Virus record (IMG/VR): IMGVR_UViG_3300022928_000007
Reading direction: 5' to 3' (one strand)
Length of the DNA stretch: 64,000 bases
From: an uncultured virus (IMG/VR IMGVR_UViG_3300022928_000007)
Taxonomy: Duplodnaviria > Heunggongvirae > Uroviricota > Caudoviricetes
Shown here: positions 19,201-28,989 of the stretch, piece by piece
Position numbering within the stretch: position 1 is the first letter of the stretch
Layout of the letters: every line of letters starts with the position of its first letter
Program-made: the position numbers and the translations under genes
The notes under the pieces: generated by a model
Database searches by the model: none
What the model was told of the DNA's origin: nothing
The model's input: only the letters and a program-made list of their open reading frames with translations

Positions 19201-21033
19201 GTGGAGAAACAAAGAGAAGAAGTTGCGAAAATAATTGTAAGAAAATTGTTAACTGAATGTGATTACTTTAATTTAGTTAAAGAAAGTGCACCTATGGTAT
19301 ATAATGGGATAAAAGAGAAAATAAAATACTTCCAACCAGCATTCCATTCAACAACTCCTGAAGGTTTAAATTCTAGACTAACCTTCTTACAACAATGTAT
19401 TAGACCTGGTGACACTATTCCTGTAATTGGTGACGATGGTAGACCTACTGAGTTTAACGCTAAAAACACTTCATACGGTGCACCTCCAATATGTGTTTTA
19501 AGAATTGGTGACTTTTACCATACCAAAATTGCTATTAATCAATTATCAATTAATTATGAACCATTAACACTTGATTTAAATCCTGAGGGTATTGGGGTAC
19601 AACCAATGCTGGCAGATATAACAATGTCATTTTATTTTATTGGTGGACAAGGATTAAAAGAACCTGTAAATAGATTACAAAATGCATTATCATTTAATTA
19701 CTATGCAAATACAGAGGTTTATGATGATAGGTCAGTTGTTACTGAAGAAAGAGATGAGTTGAATAGAGAAATATGGGAACAAATAAATAGTACAATCCCC
19801 TTTGACTCAAATAATAGAGCAACAACAGAAGAAGACCTACCAAATAACGGACAAACTATTGGTACTAGTCAAACTGAAGAAGCGGTTACATATCCGGGGA
19901 CAGATATCTCAACCAATAGCGGTCAAATGTCCTATAAAGATATTATGGCCGAGGCAATAGTTAATACTCAAGCATATGCAGATTCTATAGTAGATTCGTT
20001 AACTGAAGTGGCTACTAAGTACTCATTAGATGGGTTATCATATTTTACTGACCAAAGAGATTATACTGATGGTAAAATAATAGGTTATTATACTGACGGG
20101 TTTACGGGTACTACCACCGAAACAAAATTATTTGGTAAACCTCAAGAAGATAAATTACAAAATAAAATAAATAGTTTATTTGATGAGGTCATTTCAGATA
20201 TAGACACCGAAACGTCCCCACTATTAAAAAAAATAAATAATAAAAATTTCCAACAGACAGATATAGATTTATATAAATTTAATCTTAAAAATTTAATTAA
20301 TGAAATAAAACCTAATTATATTTCCGATTATATGAGTGTAATGCCTAAAGTTGTTAATAACCAACTTAGCTTAATCAAAACTATTGATAAGGTTAACTTC
20401 ATATTAACAAATACCGATGGGTTCTCAACTAAACCAAGAAATGTTCAAGTATCAATTAGTGCGACCACTAATGTTGATAAAACATCAAAAAATGCTAATA
20501 ACACATATGAGGAAATGGCTAATGATATGCAAACATTAGGTACTGATATATTAAATTTTAATAACCAAATATTTGTAGATAATAATAAATTAGTCGAAAA
20601 AGAGTGGGATAACTCTTATTTATTTTCATTAGAAATCAATGAAGGTATTGAAAGTGCCAGAGTTATGAACGCTATGTATCAACAAATCTTAAACGATAAA
20701 CAAAATGTTATAACTAAACTTTTAAATGGTAGGATAGGGTCTATAAACAAATGGGATAGGTATGTTAATAACATTATAGACGGACTAAACAGTGATTATG
20801 AAAAGGTTTCTAGAAAGACGGAAAGAGAGTTAGATAGGTTCAGTAAACGTTCATCAGTAAGAAAGTTTAAGGACTACTCACCATTTGCCAAAGAAAAGGA
20901 AAGAATATTCCTTTATATTAATGTACCTAAGGACTATATTAATAGTACTAAAGATGGGTACTTTAATCAACTATACTCTGAATTAAATCAGGGACCTAAA
21001 CAAGAATTTAATGGTAAAAGTACATTTAAGTAG
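16270..21033 (+). CDS. Large baseplate/tube-initiator protein with an inserted OmpA-like domain
   Basis: Tube-fold-like segments (W...FLGRPEPIYTY...R and PPICVLRIGDFY...) flank GSASS...YN.ALSKRRIDSVKKYL...CRRVRI. Confidence 0.6.
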   Translation: MQSPLSFDSTENFRKKLLVKNLEPYNSDGFTPASQPGQSQIDINDVGVIDSQEVETIGSTENTSLYVKNQYGPEGGFGEPKSIDDVGFINSVTSFNNTLNLNMSNGVPALIGKSPYYNFVASSYNSFNLLTSSNPQGDNGPLSQDSDLARIAAESLKTEFQYRISEETYQQTIGRVNALDALSDPFELLAITTGNRSIVERDWKISVPKGLIGKGLDFISRISGVYSPYSWIPGDYFSDQPKQMYFNQIANSITGLFDKRGVLALPTEKTGMQIFLENTGGGQRSRLFKGLSLNRYIPDYNRNFLTDLFTKVPKQNYYVGSSQQEMKDIVAPAESLPLNQDGNKVQTPVYGYDEIAKIYENEQKDNTYKFGLNQTSTYDDGGLQGGFTWVSPKYKDRAGQKVGVGAEFFGTIDTDWNEQGVQNTFTATQSVDGTGDYNYTPGSILDNTQKLINSADEVVGVRKLQHVGNAIDQISKVFHDGTRELTKGSRVIAYRDEGGAIVGKEYCRVFTKDTPYYSMADLQKTEGITTNNRRFTYSVLDNTYNLNIAPMRGTDTTNLTGNDFSSEGVKKYMFSIENLAWRTSRKKGFTYQDLPHCERGPNGGRIMWFPPYDMKVNEQNSANWNQNEFLGRPEPIYTYNNTTRQGSLSWKIVVDHPSVLNAIVDKELANESNNSKVTGIVDSFFAGCRKYDIYELALRFPQFTYSDIYEIVVNSSVGQEVKENFDIIDAEVPGDLDVTTEEYEDKVESTDFDFAYYFHNDVPGPQTSTDTTTSEVYNTALQNYIGLQTEYSNTANADEKDNVNQFFIDNILTSSDSGVLYKTQLFVKKVGEALNAGATVQVLLQGSASSPNSVVYNNALSKRRIDSVKKYLLPLMDENQKSLQKWVDDGKLIIKEDPKGEQTNIQGTDCTKDLVGNDKIYSVDAMKCRRVRISSVVETPPPPEEDKVTDEITTPPEIDTETQTSKPAQPVITLTEKVEKQREEVAKIIVRKLLTECDYFNLVKESAPMVYNGIKEKIKYFQPAFHSTTPEGLNSRLTFLQQCIRPGDTIPVIGDDGRPTEFNAKNTSYGAPPICVLRIGDFYHTKIAINQLSINYEPLTLDLNPEGIGVQPMLADITMSFYFIGGQGLKEPVNRLQNALSFNYYANTEVYDDRSVVTEERDELNREIWEQINSTIPFDSNNRATTEEDLPNNGQTIGTSQTEEAVTYPGTDISTNSGQMSYKDIMAEAIVNTQAYADSIVDSLTEVATKYSLDGLSYFTDQRDYTDGKIIGYYTDGFTGTTTETKLFGKPQEDKLQNKINSLFDEVISDIDTETSPLLKKINNKNFQQTDIDLYKFNLKNLINEIKPNYISDYMSVMPKVVNNQLSLIKTIDKVNFILTNTDGFSTKPRNVQVSISATTNVDKTSKNANNTYEEMANDMQTLGTDILNFNNQIFVDNNKLVEKEWDNSYLFSLEINEGIESARVMNAMYQQILNDKQNVITKLLNGRIGSINKWDRYVNNIIDGLNSDYEKVSRKTERELDRFSKRSSVRKFKDYSPFAKEKERIFLYINVPKDYINSTKDGYFNQLYSELNQGPKQEFNGKSTFK

Positions 21034-21035
21034 TT

Positions 21036-21353
21036 ATGAGATATTGGAATAGATATACAGATTTTTTGGTTAACGGACAACAAACAGTTGTGCCGTTTGT
21101 TAATATACCTTCCAAACCGTCAGATAAAAGATATATCTTTAGGACGGGTCGTAGTAGGTTAGACAAGATAAGTTATGAATTTTATGAATCACCATATTTT
21201 GGTTGGTTAATACTAGCTGCAAATCCTCAATACGGAGGATTAGAGTCAAATATCCCTGATAACGCATTACTTTTTATCCCGTTCCCTTTGACGAATTCTT
21301 TACAGGATTATAAAGCGGCGGTAGAAAATCATTTCTTCTATTATGGCAGATAA
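21036..21353 (+). CDS. LysM-like small baseplate protein (gp53/P2 gpX-like)
   Basis: RLDKISYEFY...WLILAANP...L.IP pattern. Confidence 0.75.
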   Translation: MRYWNRYTDFLVNGQQTVVPFVNIPSKPSDKRYIFRTGRSRLDKISYEFYESPYFGWLILAANPQYGGLESNIPDNALLFIPFPLTNSLQDYKAAVENHFFYYGR

Positions 21354-24300
21354 CAAATTTTTCGGTAATGAAAAGGTCTATGTTGAAACTGATTATGATA
21401 ATGTAATAGTTGTAGACCCTAATAAAGTGGTAAATTCTGATGGAACAGTACAAGAGCGTAATGTTAAACAAGAAAATTTAATCACCTACGCTAATTTAGA
21501 GGCGAGAGTTATTCCTAGAACAAAACTTGCGATAGGTTCTAATTACGATGATAGTGTAAAAAATGTAGGGGTCGCACAACTTAAAGTTAATTTTTTAGAA
21601 GGTAGGGCTCAAACTCAAAAAGAGCCAAATGTTAATTTAGGAGGTGACGAGTCAAATGACCCAAAATATTTTGATACCTCATGGACAGACCAGTTCTTAC
21701 CGGGTAAAAATGCCGAGGATTCGACAAACGATATATTTAGTTCGGGTAGAGGAGTAGATACTCAATTGTTAGGCATTACCCGTATTAATGTAAAAATGAA
21801 TCCTGCGTTTGTCCCTACCGTCACAATTGAAATGACAGATGTACAGGGAAGAGTATTATTTGAAAGAGGAGACCAATCTCCATACTCCATTTTCATGCAT
21901 CTACCATATCCAATTTTTATTTTAACTATAAAAGGACATTATGGTAAAGCAATAAAATTAGAGTTAATTTTAAAAGACTTCAATGCGAGATTTGACCCGT
22001 CAGATGGAAGTTATAAGATTACTACTTCTTATGTTGCTAAATCACACGCCTTCTTACAAGACACATTATTAGACTATATTTACACAACTCCTCATATGTA
22101 TCCTAAAACGTATGAATTAGATAATAATTCCCCTGGAACATCAGATGGTACGGTTGGGGTAAATAAGATTGAGACCACCAAAGGAATGCAGAAGATAAAA
22201 GAGGTTTACTCTTTATATAAGTCCAAAGGACTAATTGATGATGACTTTCCTGAAATCACGATGAATCAAATGAGAATGAGGTTAGAGTATTTTAATCGAT
22301 ATGTAATGGAGGCATACTCTAAAGAAGATATGTCAGTTCTCAATAATATTGTGGAATACGAAAAGAATATTACAACATATCGAAAAAAAGTTTATCCTAC
22401 TTTAAATGAGAATTGGTTTGATACTTACATTGACCCATCCTCTATATATGCTTTAAATGATACAAAATCATCGGTAATATATGGGTTTAAGAAAGAAATA
22501 AAAGAACAAGGAAGAAAAACCGCTTTATCTAAATTAAAAGGTATAATAGATGAGGGGAACCAAAGTCTAAAGAATAATCCTACATTTTATAAACCCGGCA
22601 AATATGAGATAGAAGGTAAAGATTATCCTGCTGAAATATCAGTTAACATAAAGGCAAGTGATTTGACGGTTCTAATTGATGACCCTGAAACTATTGATTA
22701 CAAAACCACATACATTTTAAGAAAAGGAAGTGAACCAACACAGAGTGAATTGGAGGCATTTGAAACCAAACTTAAAGCGGATTTTAAACTTGCCTCTAAG
22801 TCATATTATATTGGGCCGGACGGTGAAATAACTGAAAATGAAGACGGTTCAGTTTTAATAAAATTTGGTAATGTTATAAAAGATAAAAACTTCGCAACGG
22901 GAACTTTTTTAGCTAAATTGGCTAAGATTGAAAATACCTTTAAAGAAAAGAAAGAAACCATTGAAAAACAATTATCGGAAGCGTTAGCTAAAAAGATAAT
23001 TAATTCTGATATTGGATTAGGATTTAATCCAACCATAAACAATGTTATGGCGGTAATTTGTGCAAACGCAGAAGCATTTTATAGATTAATGGATGAAACT
23101 CACACCGCGGCTTGGAGTGTAAGAACCAACCCAAAAAGGTTAAGTGCTATTATTCCTCCTGAAAAATCTTTTGGTGTTGACGGTAAAAACATGTTAGACC
23201 AAGTTACAGTGGGAGGTTCAGGTAATACATTACAAAATACTAAGATAGTTTATCCTTGGCCACAATATTTTGAAGAAGAAATTGATGAAGATAATAATAC
23301 TAAATATACTTTAAAATATCCAGGACAACCGAGTGTAATCTCGACAATACAGGGATATGACTACTCTATATGGCCTGAAATTCAATTTACGGAAGAATAT
23401 ATAACCGCGTCATTAGAAAGGGATAAACCGAAAGTTAATATAAACTATGGAAACCAAAAACAAGTATCAAAATATATTGGGGTCAATGCCGTAGAATTTC
23501 CATTTGAAAATCATCCATATGTTAATGAAGAAGCAGTATCATTTTTTTATGAAATATTTGAACGTACATATCTAAGTTCAAATTACAGTAAAGTAATTAG
23601 GAACAATAATTTTAGAAAAAGTCTATATACGGTCTTAGCTGATTTTGAATCCATAAACATAAAAGAAGGTTTAAATGATAGTCCTCAATTAACAAAAACA
23701 TTTAAAGATTTTGCATTTAATTCGTCTATCTTTAACTCTTACCTATCATCTATTTCTAATGGAGGACAAGGAAGTTTTTGGGCGAGAAAATCAAGAGATA
23801 TATACACACAAAATTATATTAAGGGATATGTTGATGTGGACTTCGGAATTTATAGTATTGAAAGTATGTCTACAAGTTCAACTGATTTAATATCATCAGT
23901 TGAATCCATTAAACAATTAGAAGACTATATAAGTGGTACCTCATCAAATGCCACAACATTAATGGATGTTTTTCCATTTAATAATCTAAATTGGTTACAA
24001 AAAAATGTTGCGGACGGTGTAAGTATTGGAAGTGTAGATAGCGCCAATAGTACTACAGATGTTATGAACTTTAATGTACTAAAAAAGAGTTTTGCAACAT
24101 TTGATGATGAAACAGATAAAGATGAAAGATATTTAAATAGGTATTTAACTTATTTCCAATATGAAAAAAATAAACCTGCGGCACCTAATCAAAATACTAG
24201 TAACTCAAGTGATAGTACTCAATATAATACTAATGACCAAGTTAAGACTTATTACAATAATAGAGAAAATAAAGATTTTTATTTAACAGAAAGTCCATTA

Positions 24301-27300
24301 GATTATGGAACAAATTATAATGGTGCGACAAATAATTTAACGTCACTACAAACTACTTCCCTTTTGAATACCCCTTATTTTATTAATGCACTTTTAAAAG
24401 GTGTTTCGGGAGAGACATTTTCTCAGGAAAATCCATATGTTGGTTTAGGTTATTTATATCTAAATTCACTTCCGTTACCAACACTTAGTGAAAAATACCT
24501 AACACGTAATGAATCTGATAGTGGAGTTAAAACTACTAAATGGGGAGATTATTTTTATGCAGGACTTAGTAAATTTGCTGCGATACATAAGATACCTTAC
24601 CTTTGGTTACTGAAATATGGTTCAGTATGGCATCGATATAAAGAAGATAAGAAGGGTAATGGTGATATTTTAAATGGTATATGGGAAGACTTTAACTATG
24701 TAAATGCTTATGACCCGATAACTAATAATATAAATAAAGTTTATAATGTACAAAACTATACAGGAGGAACTATGTCTTACGTTCCTCAAAAGACTGATAT
24801 AGTACCGGGAATTATACCTAACGTTGCAAATCCAACGTTACCTGGAACCCCTGTTAATTTTAATTATCAATTTACTAAAAACGGTTTTTACCCTAAAGTT
24901 GTAAATGACACTTATAAGTTTTTTACAGGTAAATCACCACTAATTAATTATGATGGGGGTGAAATAAATGACCTTTTTAATAATGGTAATTTTAAATTAG
25001 GTCAATCACAGACAAATTTCTTACCTGTAGGATATGACCAAGATAATGTCCTTAATACTTTAACTTATAGTAGTTACTTTCAGTATTTTGACCTTGAGGG
25101 TAATACGAGTTTTGATGAAGAAGACTCAACAGGTAGATTATTAATTATACCGTCTTCAGGTTATTTGAAATTTACACAAGCACAAAGGGAGTGTCTTAAT
25201 TCACAAGGACATCTAACACAAAACATAGATATTAATAATAAATCTATACAAAATGGTAATGTAAGACCCTTATGGGGGGCGTCTAATTTTGGATATTTTA
25301 ATAACCAATGGGTTAAAAAGCCTAAAACAAACGAATATATTAAATACATTGATAGTGAAGAGAACCAACAAAATGCATTTAATTTATTAAATAAAGATAG
25401 CGAAGAGGAATATAAATCAATAGAAGAAATATTTGCGATTTTCTCAAAAGAAATGTTAGATGAGTTTGAAAAACACTTTTTAAACTTTTGTAAAAAAGAA
25501 AAAGATTATCAGTCTTTAGTTTTCAATCCTTCAAAGGTAAATGATAATGAATATTTAGGGTCATTTAATGTGGAATATGACTATAATATTGAAAGAGCTA
25601 TGAAGTCGTTATTAATAGTTAATAAACCTACATTAACAGATAATCCTGAAAAAGATGTAAAGACCATATCTGATTCACAATTAGACAATTTTGTTAATTT
25701 AAATAGAACACAAATATCCGAAAGAGATATAATATTAAAGATAGGTAATCCAGGTAGGTTTAACAGACGAGTATTCGACTCTTTTTCAACTAATGAAACT
25801 ATTGTACCTATAGACCCGATAAATTTTGACACTTATGTTAATGAAACAGTTCCCACATCAACAGGTTCAGTAAACCTTTTATCAAGTCAGTCAAATAATC
25901 CTGAAGCGTGGGACGCACTTTATGAATATGTTGGAGAATATGTTGAAGATGGTATGGTATATTCTGACAACGGTTCTTATATAACTGATTTTTTCCCAAC
26001 TATGGACATAAGATTTAATGAGGAAAATGTTAAGAGTTTATCTCAGATAATAAAAGTCTTTGCAACTCAAAAATATAATAATAATAACTTAACTAAAAGT
26101 GATTTCCAACAAACGTTTGAAAGTTTTTTATCAGAACAAATAACATTTCAAAATGATATGTTAAATCAAATTTTTAGAAAACTTAATAAAACTTTACCTT
26201 CAGTTAAAGTTAATGCCACTCAAACAAGAATTTCTAAATTAGACGGGGATACGAATAAAAATGAATTATGGTCAACTTTTAAAACGTTTAATGATAGATG
26301 GATATCAGGTCAAGACGTTAAAAATAAAACATTATTTGAACAATTTTTATTCATGGATAAAGCGAATAGACCTATTGGCGATAAAGTAGTTATTAATATT
26401 GAAGACTTAAGAAGCGCGTTAAAAACCGCTAATGCGTCAGCAAGTGTACTATCACTATTAGGAACCATATTAGAAAAAAATAATTTTATATTTATGCCTA
26501 CTCCTTCCTATTCTAATTTTTATGGTAGGAATTTAAGAGTTAAGGAAGGTATGCCTGACCCTTCATTTGATGACATTGGTAATAATACATTTGGTACATT
26601 TTTAGAAGTGGATACTCATGGTTCCGAACCTAAATTTTTAGCGATATATGTTGGTGAAGTTTCAAAAACTATTAATACTTCACCTGAAAACGATAACTAT
26701 CTTTATGGTGATGATTCCTTTGATATTACTAAACCTTCACTATCTCCTTTACGTTCGTCTTTAGACGGTGTAAGTAATTTTTCAAATAGAAATAAAGTGG
26801 TAGCATTTAACGTAGATTTTGGAGTACAAAATCAACAAATTTTTAAATCGATATCGATTGATATGTCACAAAGAAAAAACATTGCACCGACATTCCAAAT
26901 ACTTGCAGACATGGGTTCCATGGCGGACGGTCAAAAAGTCTCTCAAGAAACTGCTAATCTATATAACTTCTATAAGAGTGCCAGTTACAACTGTAGTGTA
27001 ACCTCAATGGGGAATGCAATGATACAACCAACAATGTACTTTAATTTAAGATATGTCCCAATGTTTTATGGTCCATACTTAATTACAAGTGTAACTCACG
27101 ACATAACCACGAGAGAGTTTCAAACATCATTTGAAGGGGTGAGAACAAGTAAATATTCTTTACAAATGCCAGACGGATTAATCGCTAGTGTTAATAGAGA
27201 TATTGTTCAAAATTACTTATCTGAAATAAGAAGAGTACCCTCATTAGGTAATTCTACAGGTAATACATTAACTAGAAGTAACTATATAAAAAACAGTTCA

Positions 27301-27924
27301 TCTAAAACGAACGCTAAAAGACAGGGACAATCAACTAAATGTGTGGCGGTACAAAATTTAGATAAACCATATGACGATATTAAACAAACACAAATAAATC
27401 AAACCCAATTTAAAAATGGGGTACAACAAATTAGTTTGAGTGAAAATGTTAAAAAGTTTATATATGGTGTTGGATATGTTGAAACTGGTGTTGGTAAAAA
27501 TTTAAAATCATTAAATAGTAATTACTTTAATTTAAAAAATATGAAAAGTAATGAAAGATGGACAGTAAATTTTGATAAACAAACGTGTGTACAGGATGGT
27601 GAGTATGTGGTACCATACCTTTCTTTTGAAGATGCTGGAGATTCTATAGAATTTATGGCTAAAGTTTGTGACCAATTTGGACCAATAATTGACGCATTTT
27701 TAGTAAATAATCAGATTAATGGTGATTTGGCAAAAAGTTTTGCGTATCTATGGTACTATACGTTTAGATTTACTACTTTAGATAAAGAATTAAATGCAGG
27801 AAGTAATGTTGATGACTCAATAATTGCTGCGGTCGATTTAGATATAAAAAATGATTCAGTATCGAAAAAATTGTTCAATGATTCAATAAAAACATTTAAA
27901 ACTTCAAATGAGTCTTGGGGTTAA
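21343..27924 (+). CDS. Very large baseplate hub-like protein with a C-terminal glucosaminidase (GH73)-like region
   Basis: N-terminal LGIT.I...TI.M.DVQGR; hub-like MGNAMIQPTMYF.L...PMF.GPY.ITSVTH; C-terminal ETG...NYFNLK...F....DSI. Confidence 0.55.
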   Translation: MADNKFFGNEKVYVETDYDNVIVVDPNKVVNSDGTVQERNVKQENLITYANLEARVIPRTKLAIGSNYDDSVKNVGVAQLKVNFLEGRAQTQKEPNVNLGGDESNDPKYFDTSWTDQFLPGKNAEDSTNDIFSSGRGVDTQLLGITRINVKMNPAFVPTVTIEMTDVQGRVLFERGDQSPYSIFMHLPYPIFILTIKGHYGKAIKLELILKDFNARFDPSDGSYKITTSYVAKSHAFLQDTLLDYIYTTPHMYPKTYELDNNSPGTSDGTVGVNKIETTKGMQKIKEVYSLYKSKGLIDDDFPEITMNQMRMRLEYFNRYVMEAYSKEDMSVLNNIVEYEKNITTYRKKVYPTLNENWFDTYIDPSSIYALNDTKSSVIYGFKKEIKEQGRKTALSKLKGIIDEGNQSLKNNPTFYKPGKYEIEGKDYPAEISVNIKASDLTVLIDDPETIDYKTTYILRKGSEPTQSELEAFETKLKADFKLASKSYYIGPDGEITENEDGSVLIKFGNVIKDKNFATGTFLAKLAKIENTFKEKKETIEKQLSEALAKKIINSDIGLGFNPTINNVMAVICANAEAFYRLMDETHTAAWSVRTNPKRLSAIIPPEKSFGVDGKNMLDQVTVGGSGNTLQNTKIVYPWPQYFEEEIDEDNNTKYTLKYPGQPSVISTIQGYDYSIWPEIQFTEEYITASLERDKPKVNINYGNQKQVSKYIGVNAVEFPFENHPYVNEEAVSFFYEIFERTYLSSNYSKVIRNNNFRKSLYTVLADFESINIKEGLNDSPQLTKTFKDFAFNSSIFNSYLSSISNGGQGSFWARKSRDIYTQNYIKGYVDVDFGIYSIESMSTSSTDLISSVESIKQLEDYISGTSSNATTLMDVFPFNNLNWLQKNVADGVSIGSVDSANSTTDVMNFNVLKKSFATFDDETDKDERYLNRYLTYFQYEKNKPAAPNQNTSNSSDSTQYNTNDQVKTYYNNRENKDFYLTESPLDYGTNYNGATNNLTSLQTTSLLNTPYFINALLKGVSGETFSQENPYVGLGYLYLNSLPLPTLSEKYLTRNESDSGVKTTKWGDYFYAGLSKFAAIHKIPYLWLLKYGSVWHRYKEDKKGNGDILNGIWEDFNYVNAYDPITNNINKVYNVQNYTGGTMSYVPQKTDIVPGIIPNVANPTLPGTPVNFNYQFTKNGFYPKVVNDTYKFFTGKSPLINYDGGEINDLFNNGNFKLGQSQTNFLPVGYDQDNVLNTLTYSSYFQYFDLEGNTSFDEEDSTGRLLIIPSSGYLKFTQAQRECLNSQGHLTQNIDINNKSIQNGNVRPLWGASNFGYFNNQWVKKPKTNEYIKYIDSEENQQNAFNLLNKDSEEEYKSIEEIFAIFSKEMLDEFEKHFLNFCKKEKDYQSLVFNPSKVNDNEYLGSFNVEYDYNIERAMKSLLIVNKPTLTDNPEKDVKTISDSQLDNFVNLNRTQISERDIILKIGNPGRFNRRVFDSFSTNETIVPIDPINFDTYVNETVPTSTGSVNLLSSQSNNPEAWDALYEYVGEYVEDGMVYSDNGSYITDFFPTMDIRFNEENVKSLSQIIKVFATQKYNNNNLTKSDFQQTFESFLSEQITFQNDMLNQIFRKLNKTLPSVKVNATQTRISKLDGDTNKNELWSTFKTFNDRWISGQDVKNKTLFEQFLFMDKANRPIGDKVVINIEDLRSALKTANASASVLSLLGTILEKNNFIFMPTPSYSNFYGRNLRVKEGMPDPSFDDIGNNTFGTFLEVDTHGSEPKFLAIYVGEVSKTINTSPENDNYLYGDDSFDITKPSLSPLRSSLDGVSNFSNRNKVVAFNVDFGVQNQQIFKSISIDMSQRKNIAPTFQILADMGSMADGQKVSQETANLYNFYKSASYNCSVTSMGNAMIQPTMYFNLRYVPMFYGPYLITSVTHDITTREFQTSFEGVRTSKYSLQMPDGLIASVNRDIVQNYLSEIRRVPSLGNSTGNTLTRSNYIKNSSSKTNAKRQGQSTKCVAVQNLDKPYDDIKQTQINQTQFKNGVQQISLSENVKKFIYGVGYVETGVGKNLKSLNSNYFNLKNMKSNERWTVNFDKQTCVQDGEYVVPYLSFEDAGDSIEFMAKVCDQFGPIIDAFLVNNQINGDLAKSFAYLWYYTFRFTTLDKELNAGSNVDDSIIAAVDLDIKNDSVSKKLFNDSIKTFKTSNESWG

Positions 27925-27979
27925 TACTCAATAAATTAAGAAAAACACTAATTTAGTTATATTTATATATAAAAACATT

Positions 27980-28204
27980 ATGGATACGAAAACACTATTA
28001 GACCAGTATTTGTCAAAAGACACAAGAATTACTGAAAAAGATGCGGGTAATGGTTACAAAGAAGTTTGTGATTTAGACACAGGTGATTGTTATACCGTAA
28101 GAATGAGAGACGGCCTTATAGAAAGAGTTGATAATTCTATGAAACTAAATAGAACATTAAAAGTTGAAACACCTCACGGTGTCAAAACACTTTTGAATGG
28201 TTAA
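27980..28204 (+). CDS. Hypothetical protein (74 aa)
   Basis: Clean ORF with TATTTATA upstream; CDLDTGDC pair. Confidence 0.7.
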   Translation: MDTKTLLDQYLSKDTRITEKDAGNGYKEVCDLDTGDCYTVRMRDGLIERVDNSMKLNRTLKVETPHGVKTLLNG

Positions 28205-28215
28205 AAAATAATAAA

Positions 28216-28845
28216 ATGTCTGTAGATAAAAAAATATTAGAAGAAATCACCAAGTACAATAGTATTAATAGGTACATTTCGGAACAAGACGCACCCTTAC
28301 CACCTACACCTGGAGAAGAGGCTGACGAGTTAGAGTTAGACGGTGTAGATATGGAAGATGAAGAAGTTCAGGCGGTAGATGTAGAATCTGACCCAGATGT
28401 TGAAGTTGTAGATGAACCTGGTGATGAGTCAATTGACAGTGTAGATGTTGAAGAGTCAGGTACTGAAGAATTAGATATTACTGATTTAGTTACAACACAA
28501 AAAGACATGTCAGAAAAGCAAGAAGAGTATATGGATAGTATGATGGATAGGTTAGAGGACTTAACTAGCAAATTATCAGATATGGACAAAATACTAAATA
28601 AAATTAATGACCTTGAGACCAAAGTTGAAAAGTACCGTCAAAAATCTCCTGAAGAAAAATTACAACTTAGAAGTTTAGACAGTTATCCGTATAATCAAAA
28701 GTTAACTGATTTTTTTGTAGACAAAGAAGTGGAGATGGAAAAAACGGGTAAAAATGAGTATATTCTTACACCTGATGAAGTTGAAAATTATTCAGAAAAC
28801 GATATTAAAAATTCATTTGACAAACCATTTGAGGACGAATACTAA
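28216..28845 (+). CDS. Acidic coiled-coil protein; possible prohead core/scaffold-type component
   Basis: D/E-rich middle, heptad region, and N-terminal ILEE...ISEQ leader. Confidence 0.55.
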   Translation: MSVDKKILEEITKYNSINRYISEQDAPLPPTPGEEADELELDGVDMEDEEVQAVDVESDPDVEVVDEPGDESIDSVDVEESGTEELDITDLVTTQKDMSEKQEEYMDSMMDRLEDLTSKLSDMDKILNKINDLETKVEKYRQKSPEEKLQLRSLDSYPYNQKLTDFFVDKEVEMEKTGKNEYILTPDEVENYSENDIKNSFDKPFEDEY

Positions 28846-28876
28846 CCCCAATCAATTATATATAGTACTATAAAAG

Positions 28877-28902
28877 AGACCATTTAATTATGGTCTTTTT
28901 TT
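28877..28902 (+). terminator. Intrinsic terminator
   Basis: AGACCAT-TTAATT-ATGGTCT followed by a T run, with an A run upstream. Confidence 0.7.
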
Positions 28903-28913
28903 ATTTTATATTA

Positions 28914-28946
28914 TTTGACTTAGTGACTTTCTTTGTTATATTATAA
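28914..28946 (+). promoter_or_regulatory. Candidate early/host-type promoter for the replication cassette
   Basis: TTTG(28914-17)-N19-TATATTAT(28937-44). The 14-mer TTGTTATATTATAA (28933-46) also occurs upstream of the SNF2 gene on the minus strand. Confidence 0.5.
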
Positions 28947-28989
28947 CTTGAGTATAAGATAAATTTTTAACGAGTAAAAAGAAAAAACT

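Noticed and set aside
11535..28889. Same TTAATT loop in two hairpins (11535-11540, 28884-28889)
   Set aside because: Only two instances of an AT-only hexamer in an AT-rich genome; likely chance.
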